Source: Squalus acanthias
Lineage: Eukaryota
Direction of reading: 5' to 3'
Length of the DNA stretch: 64,000 bases
Assembly: GCA_030390025.1 (NCBI GenBank)
Contig: CM059443.1
Location: 68,076,001 to 68,140,000 of the forward strand
Made by a program: the position numbers and the translations under genes. Below the pieces are notes generated by a model. The model did not search any database, had not been told where the DNA came from, and saw only the letters and a program-made list of their open reading frames with translations. Shown in pieces: positions 24,601 to 37,385 of this stretch (position 1 is the stretch's first letter; each line of letters starts with the position of its first letter).

Positions 24601-24740
24601 TACCTAACAGCACTGTGGGAGTACCTTCACCACACGGACTGCAGCGGCTCACCACCACCTTCTCAAGGGCAACTAGGGATGGGCAATAAATGCTGGCCTT
24701 GCCAGCGACGCCCAGATCCCATAAGCGAATAAAAAAAAAA
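21666..24740 (+). mobile_element. Jockey-group (CR1/L2-type) LINE, second family; APE+RT ORF 21926-24427 with one in-frame stop
   Basis: Motifs GDFNVHH, SSDH, GVPQGSVLGP and FADD. TAG at 23477-23479. Poly-A tail. TSD atgaatc (21659-21665, 24741-24747). Confidence 0.9.
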
Positions 24741-25066
24741 ATGAATCGTGATGCTATCCTTCCTCAGTGTCCACACACAGACTGGCCCGGGACCCGGGAG
24801 TCTCTGGTCGGAACGAGTGTACCACACTGGGAGGTGCATTCACTCAGTGAGCTGTCTTAATAATAAAATCTAATGTAAACAAACTCCAGCAAAGTCCTGA
24901 TCAGCGACTGCTCCCTCAAACAATTAACATCTAGATATATTGCTGACTAACTGTTAATTAGAACATTAAATATATATTACTGTGCTGAATCTACAGTAAG
25001 GTTGTGTCTGCAATGTTCTGCTTGGTTATTACGTTTAATCTCATTCCCTTCACCCACTAACTGCAG

Positions 25067-25246
25067 GATTTTGCCACTAATGGGAACCTGCAGTGTGATG
25101 GGAAAGTTCTGGAACTGCCCTCCGTCTGGAACTGGTCGCTGCAGTTCACCGCTAAAGATCTGACGCTGTTCAATAACCCTCTGTACATCGGCAAAAGTGT
25201 GACCTGTGTGCAGAATGGGACAATCAAATCCTTCAAAAGAGCGAAG
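25067..25246 (+). CDS. MTMR10: MTMR10 exon 15
   Basis: ctgcag|...AAG|gtgagt; LPSVWNWSLQFTAKDLTLFNNPLYIGKSVTCVQNGTIKSFKRAK. Confidence 0.95.
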
Positions 25247-25258
25247 GTGAGTGAGCCT

Positions 25259-26307
25259 GAGGGAACCAGTGGGTGGTAGTGTATTTGGATTTTCAAAAAG
25301 CATTCGATAAAGTTATTATAAAATGAGGGCTCATGGGGTTGGGGGTAAGGTATTAGCATGGATAGAGGATTGGTAAAGAGAGCAGGAATAAACGGTTGGC
25401 AGGTTGTAACTAGCGGGGTGCCGCAAAGATCAGTGCTTGGGCCTCAGCTATTTACAATCTATATCAATAATTTGGATGAGGGGACCGAGTGCAATGTATC
25501 CAAGTTTGCTGACGATACAAAGCTAGGTGGAAAAGTAAAGAGGATGCAAAGAGGCTGCAAAGGGATATAGACAGGTTAAGTGAGTGGGCAAAGAACATAG
25601 CAGATTGGGAAATGTTAGTATTCAGGGGGACCTGGGTGTCCTTGTACATGAATCACAGAAAGTTAACCTGCAGGTACAGCAAGCAATTAGGAAAGCAAAT
25701 GGTATGCTAGCCTTTATTACAAAAGGATTGGAGTATAAGAGTAAAGACATCTTACTCCAATTATATAGGGCCTTGGTGAGACCACACCTGGAGTACTGTG
25801 TACAGTTTTGGTCTCCTTACCTAAGGAAGGATATACTTGCCTTCAAGGGAATGCAACAAAGGTTCACCAGACTGATTCCTGGGATGGGGGGTTGTCCTAT
25901 GAGGAGAGATTGAGGCGACTAGGCCTATAATTCCCTAGAGTTTAGAAGAATGAGAGATGATCTCATTGAAATGTATAAAATTCTGAAGGGGCTTGACAGG
26001 GTAGATACTGAGAGATTGTTTTCCCTTGCTGGGGAGTCTAGAACCAGGGGTCACAGACTCAGGATAAGGGGTCAGCCATCTAAGACTGAGACGAGGAGAA
26101 ATTTCTTCGCTCCGAGGGTTGTGAATCTTTGGAATTCTCTACCCCAGAGGGCTGTGGATGCTCAGTCGTTGAGTATATTTAAGACTGAGATCGATAGATT
26201 TTAATCAAGGGAAGGTGGAGTTGAGGTAGAAGATCAGCCATGATCTTATTGAATGGCAGTGCAGGCTCAAAGGGCCGAATGGCCTACTCCTGATCCTATT
26301 TCTTATG
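25259..26307 (+). mobile_element. 5'-truncated, internally deleted CR1
   Basis: RT fragments ([29 protein letters not shown]) and a CR1 tail. Confidence 0.88.
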
Positions 26308-26957
26308 AGAGCAGTCACTGCAGTTTGTGTGTCTGCTTTTAAATGTTGTTCTGAGGCTCCCGTGAGATCAGTTCTCAACCCTGGGCAGCTTCCTCTCTGA
26401 TCTCCTGGGGAGAGCAGGTGCTCTGTGTAATGTTGGCCTCCTCAGGACGCCTCAAATCAGTTGTCGCTAAAACATAAACACTATCGGGGGACAGACCCCA
26501 AGAGCTCAAGTTCCTTCCTCAGTGACATTTATTTCTGAGAAACTTGGGGCGGGGGGGGGGGGGGGAGAGTGAAGGTCCCAGGCCCGCAGGGCAGGGCTGG
26601 AATATGTGCGAAGTCAAGACAAGATGGGGCCTCACTTGGGTTTAAAAGCCTGTAGATTGTGTAAGTGAGGAGTTTGAGATGGTGGAGAGGAATCAGTTAG
26701 AGGAGAAGACCGTGCGATGTGTTTTGATTTTAACGCAGGAAGGAGGACTGTGTAGAACAAGCGCAAGATAAACGAGAGGGGAAAGTTAGAGGAGCCCAGA
26801 CCTTGAAAGTATCGTAGAGACAGGAGGAGTTGAGAGAATGATTGCTGTAGATTGGAGAGGGGGGTGACCATCAGCTTTGCACACGGCCCATTACTGTGCT
26901 GTGAGTAATGGAGACTGCAGAAGCAGCATGTTTATTTTACTGCTTATTTCTTATCAG

Positions 26958-27557
26958 AAAAATTCCTCGTCCTCCATCTACTCGGTATACACAATGAAGA
27001 ACGGAAAGCTCAGTGACCAGCACGACTTCTTTCCGCGCAGGAACTCGACAATACAAAGACCCAGCCCTGATTTGGCGCAGTTGAACGAGAGCCATGATCG
27101 GCACACAGAGCGCTACTTCAGGGACTGGTTCTCAAAGCCCTTGGATCTGCATGGACTAATCCTGCCGTACCTCAGCAGCGCGCACGCCCAGCTCTGGAGG
27201 CAGTGTTACTTGCGCTGGATCCCCGAGGCGCAGATCACCAATGGAGGATTCATCAGCGCCTTTCACCAGATCTCATTACTGGCGGACGACATCGAAACTC
27301 TCCAGCAGCGTCTTCGGCAGTACCGGAGCGACCCCTTCCTGTCAGGCTCCCCTGAGCCCGGCAATTGCAGGATGTATTTCCGGGCCAAAGATTTCAGTGA
27401 AGCACCTGGGTCGCCTGACTGTTTCTCCTCGTCTTTTCCCTTCTCTCCCGTTGGGAACCTCTGTCGACGAAGCATTCTGGGAACGCCGCTAAGCAAATTC
27501 CTGCTAACCGGTGCCAAAACCTGGCCTTCCACAGAAACCCTGGCCAACGAAGATTGA
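26958..27557 (+). CDS. MTMR10: MTMR10 exon 16, terminal coding exon
   Basis: tatcag|AAA...; ends SSSFPFSPVGNLCRRSILGTPLSKFLLTGAKTWPSTETLANED*, closely matching the human C-terminus. Confidence 0.96.
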   Translation, partial: KNSSSSIYSVYTMKNGKLSDQHDFFPRRNSTIQRPSPDLAQLNESHDRHTERYFRDWFSKPLDLHGLILPYLSSAHAQLWRQCYLRWIPEAQITNGGFISAFHQISLLADDIETLQQRLRQYRSDPFLSGSPEPGNCRMYFRAKDFSEAPGSPDCFSSSFPFSPVGNLCRRSILGTPLSKFLLTGAKTWPSTETLANED

Positions 27558-28595
27558 GGATCCCTGGGGGTGGGAGAGTGACACTGAGACACTGGCATCC
27601 CAGCAAAGGCCAAAAGCTAAATCTAATCAAATTGAACGCTGCTCTCTCAGGCTGACAATAATGAATATGCAAGAAGATGATATTATATTAGAAATTTGCA
27701 CAGATATTTTTAAGAGGAAAGGGGACTTGAGGAGGGAAAGCACTCGATGTAAAGACATCGCAGCTCCCAGGGAGTTTTGTAAACATATCTTCTGTTGAAG
27801 GGACCCTCAGTCTTTCCTCGAAGCATAATTGCAACCACAAGCTGCCAGTCATTGCCTGTTTAATGTTTGAAGTCCTTGTACTGGGTGGCAAAGTGGGTTA
27901 GGCACTGGTGTTTAACCTCTGGGACCAGTCTGATGGGACGGAAGTCTGTCAGCAGTACGACCCCTGACATAGAATGAGTGTCTCAACAGCAGAAACCTTG
28001 CACTAATTGTAATCTCACTGGGTGCCTGAAATGGAAAGTGTTCCTCAGCACTAACACCCCTCACCTTAATGGCCAAGTGTGCCTAAAGAATTTATAAAAA
28101 TTCCAGTAATTTAAAAAAGAACTATTCCTGAATAAATTATTTTTTGTACATTTAAAAAGACACAATTTCTGATCAGCCCTGAATCCAGCTGGTTACATGG
28201 CAACTGTTGGCAGCTTGGGGCTGAGAATCCCCTGTGGTGGGGACTTGAATTCTCCCGGCCGGGGGACAGAGGCTAGTTCTCCATGTGTTGTGTTCGGTGG
28301 AGAGGACCCTTCACATCAGGATTACTGAACTCTGTAGGAGCGGGTGTACCCAGCAGTTACCTCTCTCAGCAGCTCGTTATACAACACGTGGCGCCTTTCA
28401 AATTAAACTAAACCTTGGTATAGGGAATATAGATCATTAATCCTTCAACAACAAACCTTGATCACCTGGCCCATCGTTCCCACCTGCCTGTGCACTCTGT
28501 ATCCCGGCTCCATGCTGCAACACTCCCGCTGACCAGATTCTCTGCCCACCTACCCATGGAGAGAATACACCTCTGTTCATTTTTTACTCTCCTTT

Positions 28596-28692
28596 CCTGA
28601 AGGTGCTGACTCTCACTGGGGTACAGTTCCTGAAGGTGCTGACTCTCACTGGGGTACAGTTCCTGAAGGTGTTGACTCTCATTGGGGTACAG
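28596..28692. repeat. 33-bp minisatellite, ~3 copies (same unit as 17866-18091)
   Basis: ctgaaggtgctgactctcactggggtacagttc repeated. Confidence 0.85.
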
Positions 28693-29634
28693 TCCCAATT
28701 CTGCTGTTACCTGACGTTGATACGCAGCAGTTTCTGGATAGGAGGTAGCAGCGGGGACTCTACCTGGTATATTCTCCTCGCTCAGAGGTGCTAAAGCCCA
28801 CAGTAGCACCATAGCTGAGAGCTTAGCCCTGCCTGACAGTGGGACCTGGGACCCTGTGGCTCAGTAACACACCCCATGGCACCTATAATCATTTGAAAAT
28901 CTCGGAGCTTGGCTCCTGCAGCATTTTTCTCACCAGACAGTAAGCGCCTGACTGTTGTAACTCTGGATCAATTTGTACCCAATACTGACTGCGTTGTAAT
29001 CATATACAGCAGACAAATGGTTTGATGTATTTTTCTCAGTGCCACATTGCGGCAGAGTGGGTGGGAAGGCTTCTGGCAATGCGACTCTTTAACTGACCAC
29101 CGATGGGTGCAAAGAAACAGTTCCTATCTCGACTCTGAGAATGGGCTGAAATTCAGAACACACTCCTGCAGGGAGTCGGTGGCTAAACTAGTTTTTAAAA
29201 CTCACGTCTCCTTTTAAGGTGAAGCTGCGAGCTCAGCCTAACTATGAAGTGCTGCCGAACTGTGCGGCCACTTTGACCTGAGATGACCCCAGTTTAATTT
29301 TTTAATTTCCACTGAAGGTTTTTTCAAGATGGCTGGGCATTTCTGGCAGGAGGCACAGGGAGGCTTGGGATTAACGGCCGTCTCCACTCGCAGTTAACCT
29401 CAGTGAAGGTAACCTGATAATCTGCAAGTGTCATTTTTAATGTAGACACGTGTTGTGTACACAGAATGCTGAGCGGGAAAGCTGTAGATTCGGAGGTGAT
29501 AGGACTGTGAGGAAGGATCTGATAGCTCGGCCTGTATCAATGAGCTGTCGGCTCCATATGTCTCCGGTGTGCAATGAATCCTGGATTCTGCAGATTCCCA
29601 TTGAATGTCCTCTAGCTAGCTTAAGTCGCACAAA

Positions 29635-29787
29635 AAGGAACAGAAAATGCTGGAAATACTCAGCAGGTCAGGCAGCATCTGTGCAGAGATGTTAACTCTG
29701 TTTCTCTCTCCACAGATGCTGCCTGACCTGCTGAGTATTTCCAGCATTTTCTGTTTTTATTTCAGATTTCAGCATCCGCAGAATTTT
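29635..29787. mobile_element. Palindromic Penelope-like short insertion
   Basis: Perfect 45-bp inverted arms (29639-29683, 29711-29755). 16-bp TSD gcttaagtcgcacaaa (29619-29634, 29788-29803). Confidence 0.78.
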
Positions 29788-31492
29788 GCTTAAGTCGCAC
29801 AAATGTTGTTTTAATTTCTCGGGCCCTGCCACATAGGGCAGCAGTGCTGAGTTTAAGAGGCTTTGTAAATGTAGAGAAAGAAAGAATTCATAAGAAAACC
29901 TCAAATGAATTTTTTTTTAAAATGCAGCATTTACACAACAGGCGGTCAGCCTCTAAAAGGTGAAAGCAGGTTAATGCCTCGGGTGGGATTCAGCCGCTGT
30001 GTGAAGGGTCTTGTCCCAAACATTAACTTTTCTCTTTCAGGTGCTGGTGACCTGCTGTGTATTCCCAGAGTTTGCACTTTTTCTCAGTAGATTGGGGTCC
30101 GTTTTATCTTCTATCAGCTTTTAAACTTTGAATAAGCAGAAACGTTACTGGAAAAATATTGTCACAATCCGATGACTCCCGTGATCGTTCTTTCTAACCG
30201 TTCTGTGCTCTCAACAGTGGCTCTCAGTGACTGGCAGCCCCGGGCACAGTGATGTGTAAAATGGATTCCTTCCAGATGTTCTCGCTTTGTAACCACAACA
30301 ATCCCATCTCCAGAAGAAGCAAATAAAGCAGATTCTGGAAATCTGAAACAAAATAAGCGAATGCTGGAAAAGCTCAGCAGGTCAGTCAGCATCTGGAGAG
30401 AGCGGAGGAGATAATGGGGGAAGAATTCGGCCCCCGTCCCACCCAATCTCTGGCGAATAAAGGCGAAAGTCAGTTACAGCACATTGAGGGTTGTGATGAG
30501 CTCGGTGACTAACCTCCACCTCTGGCTGGAACTGGTTTTGTCCGATATCTTAATTATAAATTTAGTTTAAAGGAGTTTTCCTCCATATTGTAGAAAATAG
30601 TTCTATTTTTAATAGTTTAATCACACCGAGCTTTCTGTCCAGTCTGATTGCAGCTTGTCCCAATGCCGTGTTGTGTGCTCGCTGGTCAGTCGCCTTCCTG
30701 GCTGACGAGTGATCTATCTGCAGACACATTTCCCAATGATGTTTTAAGTTGCAGGTGGGGATACATAATTTAAGGTACGTGAAGTGATTGTATCCTTGTT
30801 TGTAACACAGTCCTCGCTATAACGCATCCAACCTGAGCATTCTGTCCTGGGAAAATCACAAAAGTAGAGACAGCATTGGCTCAGACAAACTGAAACCTGC
30901 CCAGAATAGGTCCCACAATATTAAACGCAGAGAGTGCTGCAAAACTGCCAGGAAGTTCTGAATAGGGAATGTTTACAGTGAGCCTCTGCACAAATATGCC
31001 CTGTTCGTTATGAAACTCTCTTGCTTTGATGAATTACTGCAGTGTTTCAAACCCCACTATCCTGGGTCTTGTAGTCACAAGGGAATTATTCACTAAGGGT
31101 TTGGTCTATTACAGCAATGAAGCTAAAAACGAGGGAACCAGCAACTGCACAACCCCTTGGGGAGTAGAGTAACTGATCACATTTCAACTGAGTACATTTT
31201 AGGAATATTAAATGTCTCCAATACAGAATCTGTTCCTGCTTTTCCTGCAGATTCCACCAATCCGAGAGACAAAATGTTCCTGGTAGATTGTGCCAGTTTG
31301 TGATTTTCTTTGCTTGATTATTCCGTGTTCTGCTATTTATTAAACGCCTGCTTTTATTTAATTCCAGGTTTAGCAGGCGTTCTGTCAGTGGGTGTTGGAA
31401 GGGGAGGGTTGGGTTTCAGCTGCTGTGCACTGTGTGCATTACAAGGTGTTTCCATGCCTGTATCCATTCATCCTGTGTGCCTTAAATGAAGC

Positions 31493-31498
31493 AATAAA
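31493..31498 (+). terminator. Candidate distal MTMR10 polyadenylation signal
   Basis: AATAAA at the end of a long repeat-poor stretch after the stop codon; a proximal AATAAA is at 28131-28136. Usage is not demonstrated. Confidence 0.35.
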
Positions 31499-31779
31499 TA
31501 CTTTGGTGTAAATGTTCCTTAATGGAATCCACTTACCAGTCTAAAGCCTCCCATTGTATAATGAACATTGTAAGACAGTGATATGAATGTTCCGGGAACA
31601 CCGTTAACCTGTTTGTGACCTGATGCAGTGTCTTTACATTCCAAACAAAATCATCACTTTCTGCCATAAATCATTATTTCATTAATCTCCTGCGTTTATC
31701 CCAGAGCGAGGACCAGTGAAAATTAAAGGACACTATTTTAAGACTGTACAGGTTGCTGGGCAGACTGCACCGAGTGTAA

Positions 31780-32692
31780 TGTAGCCAAGTTTGCGGATGA
31801 TACAAAGATGGGTGGGAAAGCAAGTTGTGCAGAGGACTCAAAGAACCTGCAAAGGGATATAGACAGGCTATGTGAGTGGGCAAACATTTGGCAGATGGAG
31901 TATAATGTGGGAAAGTGTGAGGTTATCCACTTTGGCAGGAAAAATAAAAAAGCAAACTATTATTTAAATGGAGAGAGATTACAAAATGCTACAGTTCAGA
32001 GGGACCTGGAGGTCCTTGTGCATGAAACACAAAAAGTTAGCATGCAGGCACAGCAAGTAATCAAAAAGGCAAATGGAATGTTGGCCTTTATTTCAAGGGG
32101 GTTGGAGTATAAAAGCAGGGAAGTCCTGCTACAACTGTACAGGGTATTGGTGAGACTACACCTTGAGTACTGCGTACAGTTTTGGTCTCCTTATTTAAGA
32201 AAGGATATACTTGTATTAGAGGCAGTTCAGAGATGATTCACTAGGTTAATTCCTGAGATGAGGGGGTTGACTTATGAAGAAAGGTTGAGCAGGTTGGGCC
32301 TATACTCATTGGAATTTAGAAGAATGAGAGGTGATCTTATTGAAACATATAAGATACTGAGGGGGCTCGACAAGGTAGATGCAGAGAGGCTGTTTCCCCG
32401 CGTGGGGAAATCTAGAACTCGGGGGCATAGTTTCAGAATAAAGAGTCGCCCTTTTAGAACTGAGATGAGGAGGAATTTCTTTTCTCAAAGGGTCGTAAAT
32501 CTGTGGAGGCTGGGTCATTAAATACATTTAAGGTGGAGATAGACAGATTTTTACAAGATAAGGGAGTGAAGGGTTATGGGGAGCGGGCTGGGAAGTGGCT
32601 TTGAGCCCAAGATCAGCCATGATCTTATTGAATGGCGGAGCAGGCTCGAGGGGCCAAGTGGCTTATTCCTGCTCCTATTTCTTATGTTCTTA
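31780..32692 (+). mobile_element. 5'-truncated CR1
   Basis: FADD through the C-terminal RT region, then a tail ending ttcttatgttctt. Confidence 0.9.
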
Positions 32693-32924
32693 ATGAAAAT
32701 GGTGAGCTGTGTAAAGGTTTGTGGAGCTGCTACTTTGCTGCTCTGTGTAGCTGGTAACCTTCTTCAATCAACACACTGGTTGGATCGGGCTGGCCCAGTA
32801 ACCTACCCATAACACAGTCAAGCCCGATAGTGCACAGTGTGAAATGTTTAATGCATTTTCTAAATGAGAGGCCATCTCCAGAGCTCCTTGTACAAGTATT
32901 AAAGTCGTGCACCTTGCTTTTATA

Positions 32925-33420
32925 CATAGAAGCTACAGCACGGAAAGAGGCCATTCCGCCCAACCAGTCCGTCTCATTGTTTATCCTCCATGCGAGCAAT
33001 TAGTTCTAATCACATTTACCCGCCTTGTACCCATGTTCCTTCATCGTCCATTCCTTCAGCCACCTTCCACTCTAATCTTGAACGTTGACATAGTTTCTGC
33101 CTCAGTCACTAACCCTACATGTGAATTCCACAGCCTCACAACTCTCTGTGAAGAAGTTTCTCCTGTCCTCTGTTCTAAATCTCTTACAATTAATTTTGTA
33201 TTTATGGCCCCTCCTTCTGGAAACGGTCTGCTTCTATCCACCCTTTTTATCATTTTAAACACGTCTGCACACTCTACTCCAACTGCCATCTTAAGGTTTG
33301 ATATAGGCTCATCGTTACCCCTCGGTTTTTATGTTCAGTACTTCGTGATAAAACTTAATTCTATTTGTTTTTTACAGCTTTATTAACCAGAGGTGCTGTC
33401 TTTTATGTCCTGTGAACCTG
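32925..33420 (-). mobile_element. Degenerate CR1 3' end
   Basis: Minus-strand QRVVRLWNSH...VTEAETMSTFK and a CR1 tail. Confidence 0.65.
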
Positions 33421-34507
33421 TAGCCTTAAATTCCTCTGCTCTTCCCCAGCACCGAGACTACTTCCATTTACAGTATCATCACTGCTGTTTTTAATCAAAA
33501 TACATCATCTCATACTTGCATCTAATTCCATCTGCCACTTTTTAAGCCCATTCACCCTCTTATAAATATCACTTTGCAGCTTCCTGATGCTGTTGCATTT
33601 TCTAATGTTGATATTCCAAAGTCTTAAATTGGAAGATTTTTTTTTAGGCAGTTTGATGGCAGGAGCACGAGTGAGTTCAGGAATGTTCAGTAAATGACGA
33701 GGCCAGCAGCGATTTATTTCATTCTTTGATTCTGTGCTGGCTCAGCAGCAACCCCCGCAGAGCATAACATGTTCCTGCCGGTGAGTGAAGGAGCTCCCTG
33801 GGCTACATCGGATATCGCACACAGCCATCACTGGTGGGGTGGGTGAGGCAGGGGCAGGTGAGTGGGCGTTTCTGGGGAATATGGACTGTTCCACTACCTC
33901 CTCGTCAGCTGTGAGCTTCATCGTCCTGTCCGTACCGCAGGGTCAGCAGGATTGTGAGCTGTGGCTGATTTCCCCTGGCTTGAATCCAAGAGCACTGAGG
34001 TTAATCGTGGCCTCCTGGTCTGTAGCTCACAGTGCACCACAGTGGGTCGTCCTTTACCCACTGCCCTCTGGGGTAGGTGCTGTACGTGGCCCGGTGCTCC
34101 CGCTATGGACATTCAATCCCTCCTGAATTGGTACACCGATAACTGCAGGGAGTGAAATTGAGGAGAGACGGGGAGTTTCTGAACCACACTGACTGCTCCC
34201 TCCTGCTCGGAGCCCTCTGCCAACTAATCCTGAGCCCAGTATTATCCGCTTCAGGCTCGACTGAACAGTTCTTGATACTCAATTTGATTTATGGAGCAAC
34301 CATTTGCAAAACTGTATCTGACTTGTAAAGCTCAAAGCAACACAGCAATCCTAACAGTTAGATCTCACTCGATGTAGACAGCAGCTTCCCAAGAGCGTTC
34401 TGCCGCAGGTACGGGGGAGTGCAGGGTGCGTCCAGGAAAGGGGGGGGTCGCAGGCAGGTCCAGGTTACAGGGGGGAGTCCGGGGGATGAGCTGTCCTCTC
34501 ACTGGGA

Positions 34508-34645
34508 TTAGCTGAGCCGGTGACTCCGTGCTCCGACCGCACTGACGTGGCAAACCTCGGCATCGGCCCCAAGTCGCCGCAGCTGATCCAGCCACACCGT
34601 CTGCTTGTGGGAGAGTCGGTCGCTCGGACCTTTCACTTCTACCAG
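34508..34645 (-). CDS. FAN1: FAN1 coding exon 13 (VRR_NUC, VEVKG; stop codon)
   Basis: [45 protein letters not shown] vs human LVEVKGPNDRLSHKQMIWL...AVGAKSQSLS*. Confidence 0.96.
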   Translation of the reverse strand: MVEVKGPSDRLSHKQTVWLDQLRRLGADAEVCHVSAVGARSHRLS

Positions 34646-35109
34646 CTGGAAACCAAAGAGAAAAATAAAATACAGGTAAGGAACGTTTAAAGCAAAGAGA
34701 TCACTTCAGGTGTGACGGCAATACAGACATAAATATCAGGAAGAGATTGTGTTAAAAGAACATTCGACATTCAGGCAGCGCAGTGTGCAAGGATGTGCAA
34801 TAGGGTGACTCGCACTCCTCCCCCCCCCACAGGACAGCCACACTGTGTGTTTGGGCGGGTGTAAGATATCACAATACTGAGTGAGCAGGAACTGAGGACC
34901 ACTGGATCTCACCCTTTAGCTGAGAGCTGCTCAGTCTGGGATATTCTTACATGAATGGAAATTAGCACAGCAGAGAAAAACAATCAAAATTCTGAATCAG
35001 TGACTAGTGACTGCAGGCCAGTGATTGTGGGATGACCAGGCCCCTGATATTCTGCCAGTCTCGGTACACACACCCGTTGTAAGATTGCCTCAGACTCGCT
35101 GTCGCTCAC

Positions 35110-35238
35110 CTTGTACTGGAGGCTGTGGCTGTTCCACACCACAAGATCAGGGAGCCCCCCACGGCAGTGCCTCAGGTTCTTGGCCAGAATCCTACAAACG
35201 CCACTCAGGAACAGACCACCAAGACAGCTCACCAGGCT
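35110..35238 (-). CDS. FAN1: FAN1 coding exon 12 (catalytic GLPDL)
   Basis: [37 protein letters not shown]; AG/GT ends. Confidence 0.95.
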
Positions 35239-35371
35239 CTGAAAACATCCCCACAAACACGTCAATTCAGGGCCAAAGGGACAACTTCACTACAAATCTG
35301 CTAATGACAGTCCTTTCAGTGAGGGGGAAATATTCATCCTGTCGCTGTGTAACACTGGGGTACAGTACTGA

Positions 35372-35875
35372 TCATAGAAACTTACAGCACAGGATGCCAT
35401 TCGGCCCATCTTGTCTGTGCCGGCCGACAAAGAGCTTTCCAGCCTAATCCCACTTTCCAGCACTTGGTCCGTAGCCTTGTAGGTTACGGCACTTCAAGCG
35501 CATATCCAAGTACTTCTTAAATGTGATGAGGGTTTCTGCCTCTACCACCCTTTCAGACAGTGAGTTCGAAACCCCCACCACCCTCTGGGTGAAATAATTT
35601 CTCCTCAAATCCCCTCTAAACCTCCTACCAATTACTTTAAATCTATGCCCCCTGGTTATCGACCCCTCTAAGGGAAATAGGTCCTTCCTATCCACTCTAT
35701 CTAGGCCCCTCATAATTTTATACACCTCAATTAGGTCTCCCCGCAGCCTCCTCTGTTCCAAAGAAAACAACCCCAGCCTATCCAATCTTTCCTCATTGCT
35801 AAAATTCCCCAGCCCAGGCAACACCCTCCTAAATCGCCTCCGCACCCTCTAGTGCAATCACATCCTTCCTGTAAA
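35372..35875 (-). mobile_element. CR1 3' end
   Basis: ERLDRLGLFSLEQRRLRGDLIEVYKIMRG... followed by a CR1 tail. Confidence 0.88.
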
Positions 35876-35989
35876 GGTACAGGTCTGTCACTGTGTAACA
35901 CTGGGTTACAGTACTGGTGGGGAACAGGTAGGTAGATGACTGGGTTACAGGTAGGCAGATTGGGGTACACTGGGGTAGAAGCTGTGTAC

Positions 35990-36184
35990 CTGGGCCTGCT
36001 GAAGAGAGCTGAAGATCTCCCAGTTGACTAACGCGGCTGCTGTGCCTCCGTGACTGTTCCACACATCAGCGATGAGTGTGTGGAGGGTTCCTGTGGGGGC
36101 GTCTCGCAGGAACTCCAGCCTTGATTCAATGGGCTCCCTCCGGTGCTGATAGAAACATTCAGTGTAGAGATCCAGAGGGCAAGC
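35990..36184 (-). CDS. FAN1: FAN1 coding exon 11
   Basis: ACPLDLYTECFYQHRREPIESRL...LVNWEIFSSLQQAQ. Confidence 0.94.
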
Positions 36185-36617
36185 CTGGGGTAGAAACACA
36201 CCATTACAGTCATGCTCATCACAGCAACACAGCAATCAGGACCAAAAAGACATGGTCCATCCAGTTCACCGACGACTAGCCTGGTTCAACAATAATGGAA
36301 TTGTTGGATATTCACATCAATCAATCTCTATCAATGAGTCTACAACAGACCCAGACAAAAGGAAACCCCCAGTGGTGGAGAGCTTTGGGAACCATAGGTC
36401 CAAAGTCACCCGTTCCTCCCGAGCACGCTATACTCGCCACGTCATGTCTCAAATTACTCCAATACGGTATCCCAAAATGTTATTTTCTGAAAGAAATGAT
36501 CTAATTTGCATTTGAATGAATTGACATGCTGCCCCCAGTACCTGCCTGAGGTCCGTTCACCAGTCTGGGGCGGGGGAGGAAGCACCCCCAGAACAATGCA
36601 ACCCTTCAGCCAAATAC

Positions 36618-36721
36618 CTGATACGGATTCCGGAAAACGTCCGGGATTCCAGGCAGGAACATGACTTCCCAGAAGAGAAGTCCGAATAGTGTTAAGAATG
36701 TGGCTCCTTCGCCGTGTATCC
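36618..36721 (-). CDS. FAN1: FAN1 coding exon 10
   Basis: [35 protein letters not shown]. Confidence 0.94.
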
Positions 36722-36805
36722 CTGGAACACAGATCGACAGATCACTGCACACAGTCCTCGCGCCTCAGCAACAATGAAAGTCAGTGGATTCGGTACGGTG
36801 ATTAC

Positions 36806-36959
36806 CCTGATTGAAGCCTTGCCGCTGGTAGTGGGCCAGAGAAACTTCCTCCACCGAACAGATCACCGTAGAGCGAGGCTCCCCCTCCCCCTCACTGCTG
36901 CCTTCCATCAGGAACATGGCATTGCCCATCCCCGGGCACGGTCTGCCCTTCACCGTCAC
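36806..36959 (-). CDS. FAN1: FAN1 coding exon 9
   Basis: VTVKGRPCPG...TVICSVEEVSLAHYQRQGFNQ. Confidence 0.94.
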
Positions 36960-37072
36960 CTAGAAAGAAAATTAAAACCAGAAATTAAAACCTCTTCAGC
37001 TGGGGCCTGGCTCCCAGGGCACCATTATCCTGAAATAATTTATATTAAAGGGTTAAGTAAGAGTCTCCTTTA

Positions 37073-37385
37073 TTGGCTCAGTGGGTAAAGGCCATGCACG
37101 GTGTGGGTGTGGGACTGAGCCCTGGTGAGCAGGAGAGCACTGCCCCAGTGTGGGACTGAGCCCTGGTGAGCAGGAGAGCACTGCCCCAGTGTGGGACTGA
37201 GCCCTGGTGAGCAGGAGAGCACCGCCTGGAGTGGGATCCCAGGTGATATCTCCGCCATGGGAGAGTTGGTACAATTAGCCCCAATCTCACTCAGCTGGGG
37301 AAAGGAAAGCAATCAGCCATGGTTCCAGCTCCTGATCACTGACCCCGCTGAGGAAGGCTCCTGTGAACAGACTGCCTGGGTGAGG
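37073..37385 (+). mobile_element. Old tRNA-headed SINE-like family copy containing a 41-bp triplication (37108-37228)
   Basis: A-box-like ggctcagtgggtaaa. The body is shared with degenerate copies near 13540, 15960, 18490, 52300(-) and 60110. Confidence 0.5.
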
